Assembly: GCA_963771275.1 (NCBI GenBank)
Contig: CAVYSW010000003.1
Location: forward strand, 96,001-160,000
DNA length: 64,000 bases
DNA from: an uncultured Gemmatimonadales bacterium
GTDB lineage: Bacteria; Gemmatimonadota; Gemmatimonadetes; Gemmatimonadales; GWC2-71-9
Direction: 5' to 3'
Positions within the stretch are counted from its first letter, which is position 1, and every line of letters starts with the position of its first letter. Position numbers and translations under genes: made by a program. This document shows, piece by piece, positions 10,524-21,493 of this stretch. The notes beneath the pieces are model-generated. The model saw only the letters and a list, made by a program, of their open reading frames with translations. It had not been told where the DNA came from and did no database searches.

Positions 10524-11088
10524 CTACGCCGAGGGCCACAGCCATCCCATGGCGCCGCCGGTCATCGCCGCGTAGATCAGCGCGTCGAACACCGACCTGA
10601 GCGTGGCGCCCCATGCAGCGCCGGTACCAGATCGAGTTCTGGAATAGCGCGAGGCCGTAGCCCGCGAACGCCGTCGCGCCGGCGAACCGGAACACCACGA
10701 GGTAGTCGGCGCCCGGCTCGAGCGCCCGGCCCGCGACGTACGCCGCGAAGATCCCCACCACGACGCAGTACACGAACCACTGGACGAGGCTCCGGCCCAT
10801 CGTCATCGGCCCCTTGGGCACCACCGTCATCATCAGCACCGGTCCCTTGGCCAGCTTCTCCTGGTACTCCGGGGACTTCATGGCGGCAGACGAGCCGGCG
10901 TACGGCATGACGTAGTCGCCGGGGGGGATGTCGAACCCGCGGAGCGCGTCGCTCACCGCCCCCTCCTGGGGCACGGCCTTCACGTCGTTCTTGTGGTAGG
11001 TGAGGAACATGTGGATGATCGAGCTCACCACGAACACAATGACGGCCGCGACGAGAATGGGGAGCCAGAGCTGCGTGAGTGGGACCAT
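10524..11088 (-). CDS. Conserved-type hypothetical membrane protein, frameshift near the C-terminus
   Basis: LWLPILVAAVIVFVVSSIIHM, PPGDYVMP and KGP motifs. The plausible end GWLWPSA* lies in another frame (stop 10524-10526). Confidence 0.7.
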
Positions 11089-11243
11089 GGTGCGCCTCCG
11101 TTGGTTGACCCGACTGGGGTGATGCCCGCCGGCGGCGGGCGCCTCGAGCCGGCTTCAATGCTGTCGCGCGACGGGCCGGAGCGCCAGGGATGGGGGGGGT
11201 GGGGGAGCCGGCGCGGCCCTCTCCGGAAGCGTTACATTGGGGC

Positions 11244-11542
11244 ATGGCGAACCGAGCGATGGATTGGCTGACGCAGGGGCGCCCGGACCTCGAGTTCGCG
11301 CGCCACGCCGCGTTGGGGGGCTTCCACGAATGGGCCTGTTGCGCGGCGCAGCAGGCCGCGGAGTAGGCGCTGCAGCGCTGCTCGACACCGCCCGCCGTCT
11401 CGACCGCTTCTACATCCTGACCCGCTATCCCAACGGCTTCGACCGGGGGGCGCCGCGCGAGTATTTCGGCGCCGAGGACAGCAGTGGAGCCATCGCCGAT
11501 GCCGATCGCATCCTTGAGTTCTGCGCCCGTCACGTTTCTTGA
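11244..11542 (+). pseudogene. HEPN-domain toxin pseudogene
   Basis: MANRAMDWLTQGRPDLEFARHA...HEWACCAAQQAAE* with in-frame TAG at 11364-11366. It resumes as LDRFYILTRYPNG in another frame, and the central part is missing. Confidence 0.8.
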
Positions 11543-11888
11543 CGTGCCGCGCGCGGTGGAGGCGGTCCGCGCGGCCGCCATCCGACTGCGCGCGACCGAC
11601 CCGGGCGTGGTCGCGGTGATCCTCTTCGGGTCCCTGGCCGACGGCACGGCGACTCCCCGCAGCGATGCCGACGTGCTCGTCGTGTTGCGGGAGGACGGCC
11701 GGCGGGTACTGGATCGGATCCCGGACTACACCCGTCCGTTCGAGGACCTGGACCTCAGCGTGCAGGTGCTGCCGTGGACGCGGGGCGAGCTGGAGCGGCG
11801 GCTGGCGGAGGGTGACCGCTTCGCGCGCGAGATCGTCGAGCGGGGCCGAGTGCTGGCGGGGGCGATCGCCTTCACTTCACCAAGGTGA
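11499..11888 (+). CDS. Nucleotidyltransferase (MNT) domain protein
   Basis: VILFGSLADGTATPRSDADVLVVL. Overlaps the end of the HEPN gene as in HEPN-MNT pairs. Confidence 0.85.
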   Translation: MPIASLSSAPVTFLDVPRAVEAVRAAAIRLRATDPGVVAVILFGSLADGTATPRSDADVLVVLREDGRRVLDRIPDYTRPFEDLDLSVQVLPWTRGELERRLAEGDRFAREIVERGRVLAGAIAFTSPR

Positions 11889-13977
11889 GCCCCCGCTCAC
11901 TCGTGGCGCTGGTGCCCGCGACATCGTCCTGCACGGTCACGAGCAGCCGGTAGTTCCCCGTCGCGTCCGGCAACCGCAGCGTGACGACATCAGCGGCGTA
12001 GCCGCTCGCGCCCAACGGCCGCTGCCGCTGCCATGTGAAACTCCCGGCCTCGCCCCGGAGCCCCAGCGCCCGTCCCAGCACCCGCACCACCTCCGCCCCC
12101 GGCGTTCGGCCGCCCGCGGCCGCTGCGAGCTGGACCGTCACGGTGTAGCGCGCCGTCGAGTCGGCACCGATGCTGAGCCCGTACGTTTCCCAATACACCG
12201 AGAGATCTGCCTGCGGTGCCGGCAGGGTGTCCGGCCGACCTACCAGGCGCACGTCGGCCCGCCGGTTCACCTCCCCGACGCTGTTCGCCGCATCGGCCAG
12301 CAACAGATCCGACAACGCCAGCCCGTCCGGGGCCGTCACGTCGAGCGCGGCCCGGAGCTGCCCCGCCGCGCCCGCTCTCTGCGCCAGCCCCTCCACCGCC
12401 ACCTGCAGCGGCCCCGCCACCACCGGCAACACCGCCTCGTACGTGACCGCACCCCTGCCCGCCGCGGGTTGTGGTGCCCCGGTTCACGAGTCGCCCGCCA
12501 AGGCGCTCGTGCACGAACACGCCCAGCTCCACGCGGTCTGTCGCTCCCGAGCGAGTCCGGCTCCCAGCCGAACCGCGCGTGTACCTCCAGCACCGGCCTC
12601 CCGGGACGCGGGAACCGGGTGACCACCGCGCCCACCCTGCCGGCCCGGTACGGATTGTCGTAGCTCGACGGCAGCACCCGCGCCATCATGCTGTCCAACT
12701 CCTCGGTCAACGTCTCCCGCTTGTATTCCAGCGCGCGCTCTGAGAGCTGCCGCTCGAAGATGAAGCTCGGCACGCCCAGATCGTAGTTGAAGAACGTCCA
12801 GCGCCCGCCGCCCTGTTGAATGAGGCTGTTGACGTCCTTGCTCGCGTCGCGGAAGATCTCCCACATGTGCATCGGCCAGCCGTACCGCAAGAACAACTTC
12901 CCCGGTTGCGTGTCCCGCCCGGGAATCCGCTCCGTCGGATCCGTGAACATGATGTCCGCTAGCGCAATCCGCGCGTACAACTGCACCCGCCGCTCGTTCC
13001 CCGGCGTCAGATACAACGGGTCCGACAACGCCCACAGCTCTCTCGTCCGCCCGAGGTCCACCCCCCGGGTAATCACCTCAAGCCGCTCAAACCCCGCCTT
13101 GAGCGAATCCGGGATCAGGGAGTCGATGACGGCGAGCGTCTGACCGGCCTGCTCGATACGCCTGCGCGTGTGCACCTGGGCCGCCACCAGCGCCAGCCGC
13201 GCCGCCACCGCCGCCGGCTCCGCCTGCATCCAGCGCGTCGCCACCCCCTCGAACTCGTCCCACCGATCCTCCACCAGCGCCCGCCGCAGCCGCAACCAGT
13301 TCGCCTCGCCATGGGTCGGATCGAACTGCAGCGCCGAGTCCAGCCACTGCACCACCACCCGCCGCTGATCCGCGATGACCGACGCCAGGCTCGGCTGGTG
13401 CAGAAACCGCTCGTTGAAGAATCGCGGATGGACGAAGTTCTCGCAGAAGTAGCCCATCTCGATGCAGTCGGGGGTGCTGACCCCCAGAGGCGGCGGGGTC
13501 TGGATCAGGAAGTCGAAGTTCCGCAGCCAGTCGTCGAGCAGCAGGGCCTTGCGGTACAGCACCGCCGCCCGGAACGCCGGGGTTGCCTTGGCGCTGTCCG
13601 CCGCCACCAACCGTTCCGCCCGCTTGAGCATCCGCTGCGCGTCCACCCGGAGACTTTGTTTCTCCTTGAGCAGCGCGTAGGCATAGAGACATGTCGCGGT
13701 CTCATGCCGCAGCCCCCGCGCAAACGCCTCCGAGGCTTCCTGCCGGATCCGCCAACTGACCTGACGCATCGTCGCCATGGAGGTGAGCAGCTGGGCCAGC
13801 GCGCACCAGACTCTCCGGGCTGTCGGTTGCGCGCGCCTGGTGACGCAGCATGGTCAGCGCAGCGCTCGTGTCACCGCGAGCGAGCAGGAGGGCGGTCGTG
13901 GAATCCCACTGGCCGACGGCCGTCGCGGGAACCACGAGGGAAACGAGAACGACCGACAGCGTGAGGCGGAACGGCAT
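11872..13977 (-). CDS. GWxTD-domain-like secreted protein split by several frameshifts
   Basis: Signal peptide at 13977. LWALSDPLYLTPGNERR...F..PGRDTQPGKLFLRYGWP. C-terminal LALSDLLL...LSVYWETYGL. Pieces are ORFs 13702..13977, 12336..13778 and 11872..12432. Confidence 0.7.
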
Positions 13978-14024
13978 AGGACCCTCCCGCGGGGACTACC
14001 CACGGTCACCTGCACTTCCAGTCC

Positions 14025-14049
14025 AATGTAGGGGGGGGGGGGGGCGCAA
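14025..14049 (-). promoter_or_regulatory. Putative promoter whose -35/-10 spacer is a homopolymer (G14 on plus, 14031-14044)
   Basis: Minus strand TTGCGC-(C)13-TACATT, about 48 nt upstream of the GWxTD-like start. Confidence 0.45.
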
Positions 14050-14254
14050 TTGCTACTGGTAGGAGGTATGGGGGGTGAACGACGACGCCACCCCGCACAT
14101 GACTCCGGCACTATCCCGAACCCGCCTATCCCCTCCCCTTCTCGAGGGGAGGACGTCTACCCCCCGCGAAAGAGAACCAACCGGGAGGTGGCGACCCGGC
14201 GTCCCGGCTCGCATCTTCTCCCAGTCTCGAGCTTTGCCATCACCCGGAGCCCCC

Positions 14255-16841
14255 GTGCGACGCACCGTCAGCGCACAGCGCACAGCGCACATCCTGCTCG
14301 CGGCGCTCGCCGTCCCCGTGGGCGCGTATGCCCAGGAGCTTCGCGTCCCCCGGTTCGCGATCGCGCCCTCGCCCATCCAGCTCTCCGGCGATGTCCGCCC
14401 CCAGCAGTTCCTCGGCGTCGAGGGCCGCAAGGCCGCGTGGCTCGGGCTCGAGACCGGCGAGGCCGAGCTGTGGGTCCATCCGCTGAAGCTCGCCACCGAC
14501 TTCCAGCTCGCCTTCAAGATCCCCGACTACACCGACCCGATCCGCGGCGCGGACGTCGCCCGCACGGTGACGGTCCGGCCCGAGATCACGACCATCACCT
14601 ACAGCCACGCCACGTTCACCGTGCGGGAGCATATCCTCGCCCCGCTCGACGAGCCCGGCATCCTGGTGCTGCTCGACGTGGAGACGTTCCGGCCACTCCA
14701 GATCATCGGGAGCTTCCGCTCGGTGTTCCAGTACGCCTGGCCCGCGGGGTTCGGCGGGCAGTACACGTTCTGGAGCGAGGAGCGACCACGCCTTCCTCAT
14801 GTCCGAGAGCCTGGGCCGACGGAACGCGTTCATCGGCTCGCCGTGGATCACGGAGGCGTCATCGCACCCGGCGCACGCGCTGCCCGACGCGCCGAGCGTG
14901 TTCGTGATCCCGGTGGACAGCGCGCGGGCCACGCGGGAGCTCATCCCCATCGCGATCGCGGCGGGGACCGGCGCGCGCGACTCTGTGCGGGCGGTCTATC
15001 GCCGGCTGATCACCGGGGCCGAATCGCTGTATCGCGCGCGGCGGGCGTACGCCGACACGCTGCTCGGCACCACGACGACGATCGACTCGCCCGACGACGA
15101 GTTCGACCTGGCGTTCCAGTGGTCCAAGCTCGACCTCGACGCGCAGACCGTGTGCAATCCCGACCTGGGCTGCGGCTTGGTGGCGGGCTGGGGCGCATCC
15201 GGCAAGAGTACGCGGCCCGGGTTCGGCTGGTTCTTTGGCGGCGACGCGGCGATCAACTCGCTCGCGATGGACGCCACGGGCCAGTGGGCACCGGTGGCCC
15301 AGGGGCTCCGGTTTCTCGCGAAGTACCAGCGGCAGGACGGCAAGATTCCGCACGAGATCTCGCAGGCCGCGGCCCGCATCCCGTGGTTCACCGACTTTCC
15401 CTACACGTACTATCACCTCGACACCACGCCCTACTGGATCCTCGCGGTGTGGCGCTACTGGCTCGCGACCGGCGACGGCAAGCTGCTGGACGAGCTGTGG
15501 CCCAACGTCGAGCGGGCCTACCGCTGGACCACCACGCGCGATACCGACGGCGACGGGCTGATCGAGGGCGGGCCTGAGAACCTCGGCGCGATCGAGGTCG
15601 GCCAGCTGGGTGAGGACCTGCACGAGGACATCTACGTCGCCGCCGTGTGGATCGAGGCCCTGAAGGCGATGCAGGACATGGCGCGCGTCAAGGGAAACGC
15701 GGCGCTCGCCCAGGACGCCGCGCGCCGTTACGACCTGGCATACACGACCGTGAACGAGCGGCTGTGGCGCGAGCAGGAAGGCCATCACGCGTTTGGCCTG
15801 CTCACGTCGGGGAAGACGAACGATAACCTGACCGTCTGGCCCGCCACCCCCGCCGCGTTCGGCCAGCTCGAGCCCACGCGCGCCTGGAAGACGCTCACCA
15901 AGCTCGCTACGGACTCGATCACCGCCGACTGGGGCGCGCACTTCCTGTCCACCGGCAGCGCGCTGTACGACCCGATGGGCTACAACGCCGGCGCCATCTG
16001 GCCGTTCGTCACGGGCTTCGTGATCCTTGGCCAGTACCGCTACGGCCGTCCGTGGGCGGCGTTCCCGGTGCTCGATGCCTTGGGCCAGATGACGTTCGAT
16101 TTCTCCCGCGGGCGCCACCCCGAGCTCCTCTCCGGGGCGTACTATCGCCCGCTGGATACGGCCGTCCCGCAGCAGTTCTTCGCGACCTCGATGCTGGTCA
16201 ACCCGGCAGTGACCGGGCTCTTGGGTTGGGAGCCGGACGCGCCGCGGAACCGCGCGCGGCTCGCCCCGCAGCTCCCGCCGCACTGGGGCCAGGTGCGGGT
16301 GAGCCGGCTCCGGGTGGGCGCCGCATCGGTGGACGCCGAGTTCACGGGGATGGCGCAGGGACTCGACGTCACGCTGCACGCCACGGGCGGCGACCCGACG
16401 ATCGCGCTCGAGCTGCCGCTCCCAGAGGGCGCGACCGGAGTGCACGTCACGCTGGATGGCGCTCCGGCCAAGGTAGAGCGGGTCGCGGGGCCGGGCGCCC
16501 AGCGCATCAACCTCGAACTGACCGCCGGCGGCCGCGAGCGTCGGCAGGTGAGCGTCCGGTGGGAGGGCGGGCTCGACGTGATCCCGGAGCCCGTCACGCT
16601 CGAGCCGGGTCAGGAGAGCGGCGGCATCCGGATTCTCGATTTCGCCGCGCGCGGGGACGGATGGGACCTCGTGGTCGAAGGCACCAGCGGCCGGTCTTAC
16701 GAGATCCGCCTGTACGGCGCGCTCCCTCGCTCGGTCACCGGCGCCGCGCTCGAGCGCCGCGCCGGCCCATACAACGTGCTGCGGGTCGCCTTCCCGGCGG
16801 GCACCGGCCGCGCCACCGCCCGGGTGCGCCTGGTACGATGA
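14255..16841 (+). CDS. Secreted (alpha/alpha)6-barrel glycoside hydrolase (amylo-alpha-1,6-glucosidase-like), frameshift near 14785
   Basis: GGAG then GTG, signal peptide. RPGFGWFFGGD, YQRQDGKIPHE, DTDGDGLIE and YNAGAIWPF. Confidence 0.8.
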
Positions 16842-17371
16842 CGCCCCTCCCGATCCGGACGTTGATCTCCGAGGAGCGGATCCGCCTCCGGGTCGCCGAG
16901 CTCGCGGAGCGGATCTCGCGCGACTACGCCGGCGTGGGGGAAGTCCTCCTCGTGTGCGTCCTCAAGGGCGCGTTCATGTTCCTCGCCGACCTCACGCGCC
17001 AGCTCACGATTCCTCATCGCGTCGATTTCCTGGCCCTGTCGAGCTACGGCCTGAAGGGGACACGGCAGGGAGCCGTGCGACTGGTGCTCGATCTCCGCGA
17101 ATCGATCCGCGACCGTCACGTGTTGGTGGTCGAGGACATCGTAGACACCGGCAACACGTTCTCCTACATGCTCGAGATGCTCGATGCGCGGCACCCTGCG
17201 TCGCTCCGCACCTGCACGCTGGTCACCAAGCCCGAGCGGCGCCAGAAGGACGTGCGGCTCGACTATGTGGGCTTCGAGATCCCGGACGTGTGGGTGGTGG
17301 GCTACGGGCTCGACCACAAGGAGCGCTACCGGACGCTGCCCTACATCGGGGTGATCGAGGGGACCGAGTAG
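16838..17371 (+). CDS. hpt: Hypoxanthine phosphoribosyltransferase
   Basis: VLKGAFMFLADL, VLVVEDIVDTGNT and VVGYGLD..ERYRTLPYI. Confidence 0.95.
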   Translation: MTPLPIRTLISEERIRLRVAELAERISRDYAGVGEVLLVCVLKGAFMFLADLTRQLTIPHRVDFLALSSYGLKGTRQGAVRLVLDLRESIRDRHVLVVEDIVDTGNTFSYMLEMLDARHPASLRTCTLVTKPERRQKDVRLDYVGFEIPDVWVVGYGLDHKERYRTLPYIGVIEGTE

Positions 17372-17406
17372 GAGGGCGCGGTCCAGTGCGGGAGTGATCC
17401 GGTCCG

Positions 17407-17949
17407 CTACACCACTGCCGACAGCGGGACCGTCAAGCCCGGCAGGACCCCTTCGCCATCCAGGGTGTCGGCCTCCGCCAGCAGCGACTCGCTGCCGTCG
17501 GCGCGGTACACGCGGGCCTGTCGTCGGACGGGGTCCACGACCCAGACGAGCTGACTGCCGGCGCGCAGCCAGTCCGCGACCTTGGCGAGGACTTCTCCGG
17601 GGCGGTCGTCCGGGGAGAGCACCTCGACTACCAGGTCCGGCGCCAGCCTGGCAAATCCGGTGGGCGGCGGGTCCGGCAGCCGCGCTCGGCTGACGAACGC
17701 GACGTCAGGCGCGCGGACCGTGTCGGGGTTCGTGAACAAGGTGAACCCGGTCTCGGCAGCCAACACGCAGCCGAGGCCGTGGCGGTCAACGTGGTCGGTG
17801 ACGACCTTCGCGATCCGGGCAGCAACCTCGCCATGACGGTATCCCGCCGGCTCCCTGACCACCAGGACCCCTCGCACCAACTCGGTGCGCTTGTCCGGGA
17901 GATTGAGGTGCAGGAGATCGTCGGCCGTGAGCCTCGCCGGAGCGCTCAT
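17407..17949 (-). CDS. Uma2 family (PD-(D/E)XK) endonuclease
   Basis: ELVRGVLV, PDTVRAPDVAFV and APDLVVEVLSP. Confidence 0.92.
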   Translation of the reverse strand: MSAPARLTADDLLHLNLPDKRTELVRGVLVVREPAGYRHGEVAARIAKVVTDHVDRHGLGCVLAAETGFTLFTNPDTVRAPDVAFVSRARLPDPPPTGFARLAPDLVVEVLSPDDRPGEVLAKVADWLRAGSQLVWVVDPVRRQARVYRADGSESLLAEADTLDGEGVLPGLTVPLSAVV

Positions 17950-17981
17950 GCCGGCAATGTAGGGATGGTTGTGAGGCATGG

Positions 17982-18191
17982 CTAGGGAGTCTGGCGAGGT
18001 AGTGGCAGACGCTCGATCACTCGAAGCGTAAGGGCGTTCACGTCGTCCGTGAGGTGCTTCACGTCGCGACGCAGGGCGTCCACGTCAGCCCGCACGTCGT
18101 ATAGTTGATTCAGGTAATTGACGAGCTCTCCGACGAGCTCGTGGCCCAACTTATCGTAGACCGCTCTCGAGAAATGGACCAGGACGGGCAT
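17982..18191 (-). CDS. Small coiled-coil hypothetical protein (69 aa)
   Basis: MPVLVHFSRAVYDKLGHELVGELVNYLNQ... with GGAGGG upstream and a heptad-rich C-terminus. Confidence 0.6.
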   Translation of the reverse strand: MPVLVHFSRAVYDKLGHELVGELVNYLNQLYDVRADVDALRRDVKHLTDDVNALTLRVIERLPLPRQTP

Positions 18192-18496
18192 CGGGCCCTC
18201 CGGGGTGACGCCCCTACAGTATGGCACCAGAGGTAGGAGCACATAACCGAAACACCGCACGCGCCGACGGCTGCACTCTAGGGAGGGGATCGGCACACTC
18301 CGCCCCAATCCCGACCCAAAGCCCCGGGTTTGATGCGCTCGGGAGGCCGCCCCGTCATATTTCCTGCCTTGTAGATCGCACCACCGCACCGCAGGGGATC
18401 GCGTCCTCGCGGTCCTTTCGCGGTGCGTGTTGTATTCTTGGGGCTCCCGGAGCGTGACCACACCGCCGGGTCGAGCACTCATTCGAGGAACACGCC

Positions 18497-19714
18497 ATGA
18501 GCATCAGCCAGTTGGCCCGGTCGATTCGCGAGTCGGCCACGCTGAAACTGAACGAGACTGCCGCCCTGCTGCGCGAGAAGGGCGAGCCCGTCATTCACCT
18601 GGGCGGCGGGGAGCCCAAGAGCAAGGTGCCCTTGGACGCCATCATCAACATGACCTCGCTGGCCCACACCGGGGAGGTCCGCTACACGCCCCCGGACGGC
18701 ATCCCGTCGCTCAAGAAGGCGATCATCCGCTACACCGAGGAGCAGTACGGCCGGACGATCCACGCCGACAACGTGATCGTCTCGGGCGGGGCCAAGCAGT
18801 CGATCATGTGCTTCTTGCACACGATTCTCGACCCCAAGGACGAGGTCATCATCCTGGCGCCCTACTGGGTGAGCTATCCCGAAATGGTGAAGCTCGCCGG
18901 TGGCGTGCCCGTGATCGTGAAGGGCGAGGACGGCACGTTCCAGCCCACGCTCAAGGAGATCGCGGAGGCGTGCGGCCAGTACACCAAGGCCGTGATCGTG
19001 AACAGCCCGAACAACCCGTCCGGCGCCATGTACCCGGCCGAGTTCATCGCCGAGATCGTGGCGTTCTGCGAGAAGAAGAAGCTCTACCTGCTGATGGACG
19101 ACATCTACAACCGTCTGACGTTCGACGGCAAGACGGCGCCCAACTGCTACGACTACACGGAGTTGGATATCGAGAACTCGCGCATGGTGGTGGTCAACGG
19201 CGTCTCGAAGATGTACGGCATGACCGGCTTCCGGATCGGCTGGGCGGTGGGCAGCACGCCGCTGATCGAGACGATGGCGATCATCCAGTCGCAGCAGACT
19301 TCCGGCCCGGCGGCGCCGTCCCAGTGGGCGGCGGTGGGCGCGTTGAACGGCGTGCAGTCGGCGATCGCCAACCTGCGCACCACGCTCGAGAACAACCGCA
19401 ACGTGATGGTCGAGCGGCTCCAGGCGTTCGACGGCGTCAAGGTGGTGAAGCCCGCCGGCACGTTCTACTGCTTCCCGGACTTCAGCGCCTACGAGAAGGA
19501 CTCACAGAAGCTCGCCAACTTCCTGCTGGAGAAGGTCCGGGTCGTGGTGGTGCCGGGCAAGGAGTTCGGCTTCGAGGGCTACCTGCGGCTCAGCTACTGC
19601 GGCTCGATCAAGGACGTGACCGAGGGTCTCGAGCGGATCAAGTGGGCGCTCGATCCCAACTCGCCCAACGAGCTGTACCTCGGCGAGCGGAAGCTGGTGA
19701 GGGACTGGCTATGA
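18497..19714 (+). CDS. PLP-dependent aspartate aminotransferase (class I/II)
   Basis: GGEP, YTPPDG, GAKQS, NSPNNPSG, DDIY and SKMYGMTGFRIG. Confidence 0.92.
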   Translation: MSISQLARSIRESATLKLNETAALLREKGEPVIHLGGGEPKSKVPLDAIINMTSLAHTGEVRYTPPDGIPSLKKAIIRYTEEQYGRTIHADNVIVSGGAKQSIMCFLHTILDPKDEVIILAPYWVSYPEMVKLAGGVPVIVKGEDGTFQPTLKEIAEACGQYTKAVIVNSPNNPSGAMYPAEFIAEIVAFCEKKKLYLLMDDIYNRLTFDGKTAPNCYDYTELDIENSRMVVVNGVSKMYGMTGFRIGWAVGSTPLIETMAIIQSQQTSGPAAPSQWAAVGALNGVQSAIANLRTTLENNRNVMVERLQAFDGVKVVKPAGTFYCFPDFSAYEKDSQKLANFLLEKVRVVVVPGKEFGFEGYLRLSYCGSIKDVTEGLERIKWALDPNSPNELYLGERKLVRDWL

Positions 19715-21357
19715 ACATCTACCTCGACGTCGTCTCGCCGGCGGCGAAAGAGGCCGGCGACTACGCCAGCGTCTACGACCTGGAGAACCACGGCCTCACG
19801 AATCTCCGGCGGGTCTACTGGAACCTCCCGACCCCCGCGCTCTACGAGGAGGTCGTGTTCCGCTCGGAGGGCCGGCTCTCCCACCTGGGCCCGATCGTCG
19901 TCAGCACCGGGAAGCACACCGCGCGCGCCGCGGCCGACAAGTTCGTGGTGCGCGAGCAGACCACCGAGCAGCACGTCTGGTGGGGCCAGTACAACCGGCC
20001 GTTCACCGAGGAGAGCTTCAGCGCGCTGCACGCCCGCCTGGTGGGCTACCTCCAGGGACGCGACGTGTTCGTGCAGGACTGCTACGCCGGCTCCGACCCC
20101 GAGTACCGGCTGCCGATCCGCATCATCGCCACCCGGGCGTGGCACGGACTGTTCGCGCGCACGATGTTCCAGCGCATCCGGAACCTCGACCAGCTGAAGA
20201 AGCACGTCCCGGAATTCACCGTCATCGCGGCGCCCTCGTTCATGGCGTCCCCGATGATCGACGGCACGCGGACCGAGACGTTCATCATCATCAACTTCCG
20301 GGAGCGGCTGGCCATCATTGGCGGATCGGCGTACGGCGGCGAGATCAAGAAGACGATCTTCACCGTGCTCAACTTCCTGCTGCCGCTCCAGAGCGTGCTG
20401 CCGATGCATTGCTCCGCCAACGTCGGCGCCGGCGGCGACGTCGCCCTGTTCTTCGGCCTCTCCGGCACCGGCAAGACCACCCTCTCGGCGGACCCCAAGC
20501 GCGGGTTGATCGGCGACGACGAGCACGGCTGGAGCGACAACGGCGTGTTCAACTTCGAGGATGGCTGCTATGCCAAGGTGATCCGGCTGTCGCCCACGGC
20601 GGAGCCGCAGATCTTCGCCTGCACGCGCCGCTTCGGCACCATCATCGAGAACGTCGTGATGGATCCCCTGTCGCGGCGGCTCGACCTGGACGACGACATC
20701 ATCACCGAGAACACCCGCGCGGCCTATCCGCTCGACTACATCGAGAACGCGGTGCCCGAGCGGCGGGCCGGCCATCCCAAGAACGTCATCTTCCTCACGT
20801 GCGACGCGACCGGCGTGATGCCGCCGATCGCGAAGCTCACGCCCGACCAGGCGATCTACCACTTCATCTCCGGCTACACCAGCAAGATCGCGGGCACGGA
20901 GGTGGGCCTCGGCATCGAGCCCGAGATCACGTTCAGCACCTGCTTCGGCGGCCCGTTCATGGTGCACCACCCGTACAAGTACGCCGAGCTCCTGAAGGCG
21001 CGGATGGTCAAGCACGGCGTGGACTGCTGGCTGGTGAACACCGGCTGGACGGGCGGCCCGTTCGGCGTGGGCAAGCGCTTCAGCATTCACCACACGCGGG
21101 CGCTGCTCAACGCCGCGCTCGAGGGCAAGCTGGCCAAGGTGCCGTACAAGCAGGACCCGGTGTTCGGCTTCGCGGTCCCGGCGACCTGCGAGGGCGTCCC
21201 GGACTCGATCCTCGATCCGGCCAACACGTGGGGCAGCCGGGACGAGTACTTCCGCAAGTACGACGCGCTGGCGGCGCGGTTCATCGAGAACTTCAAGCTG
21301 TTCAAGGACGGGTGCCCGGAGCACGTGATCCAGGCCGGCCCCAAGCGGTTGAAGTAA
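19711..21357 (+). CDS. pckA: Phosphoenolpyruvate carboxykinase (ATP)
   Basis: YGGEIKK, MHCSAN, FFGLSGTGKTTLS, LIGDDEHGW and NFEDGCYAK. ATGA overlap with the aminotransferase. Confidence 0.97.
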   Translation: MNIYLDVVSPAAKEAGDYASVYDLENHGLTNLRRVYWNLPTPALYEEVVFRSEGRLSHLGPIVVSTGKHTARAAADKFVVREQTTEQHVWWGQYNRPFTEESFSALHARLVGYLQGRDVFVQDCYAGSDPEYRLPIRIIATRAWHGLFARTMFQRIRNLDQLKKHVPEFTVIAAPSFMASPMIDGTRTETFIIINFRERLAIIGGSAYGGEIKKTIFTVLNFLLPLQSVLPMHCSANVGAGGDVALFFGLSGTGKTTLSADPKRGLIGDDEHGWSDNGVFNFEDGCYAKVIRLSPTAEPQIFACTRRFGTIIENVVMDPLSRRLDLDDDIITENTRAAYPLDYIENAVPERRAGHPKNVIFLTCDATGVMPPIAKLTPDQAIYHFISGYTSKIAGTEVGLGIEPEITFSTCFGGPFMVHHPYKYAELLKARMVKHGVDCWLVNTGWTGGPFGVGKRFSIHHTRALLNAALEGKLAKVPYKQDPVFGFAVPATCEGVPDSILDPANTWGSRDEYFRKYDALAARFIENFKLFKDGCPEHVIQAGPKRLK

Positions 21358-21367
21358 GCATCCCGTC

Positions 21368-21447
21368 ACAATACGAACGAGCCGGACGGTGATAACGCCG
21401 CCCGGCTCGTCTTGCGCAGCAAAACTGGCTGCGGACTCGCACCCTGT
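21368..21447 (-). ncRNA. Putative small RNA (copy 1) with a 5' end antisense to the adjacent tRNA anticodon arm
   Basis: Downstream of a sigma70 promoter. Begins ACAGGGUGCGAGUC, then hairpin CGCAGC/GCUGCG (21415-21433) and a 13-bp terminator-like hairpin (21377-21410). Homolog at 47312-47389. Confidence 0.7.
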
Positions 21448-21453
21448 GGCACG

Positions 21454-21482
21454 ATGATAGGAAGAACGTAGTGCGACGTCAA
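21454..21482 (-). promoter_or_regulatory. sigma70 promoter between the tRNA 3' end and the sRNA
   Basis: TTGACG (21482-21477), 17-nt spacer, TATCAT (21459-21454). Confidence 0.8.
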
Positions 21483-21493
21483 CAGCACGGCGG

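Noticed and set aside
11364..11366. In-frame TAG as pyrrolysine or stop-codon readthrough
   Set aside because: The gene also has a deletion and frame change, and TAG terminates many genes in this window.
1..15000. Frameshifts in the RND, YncE, amidohydrolase, membrane protein, GWxTD-like and glycosidase genes read as programmed frameshifting or mass pseudogenisation
   Set aside because: They are small indels in or near G/C runs, with no slippery motifs noticed, and none was evident beyond ~15 kb. Low-coverage long-read error fits best; read mapping would settle it.
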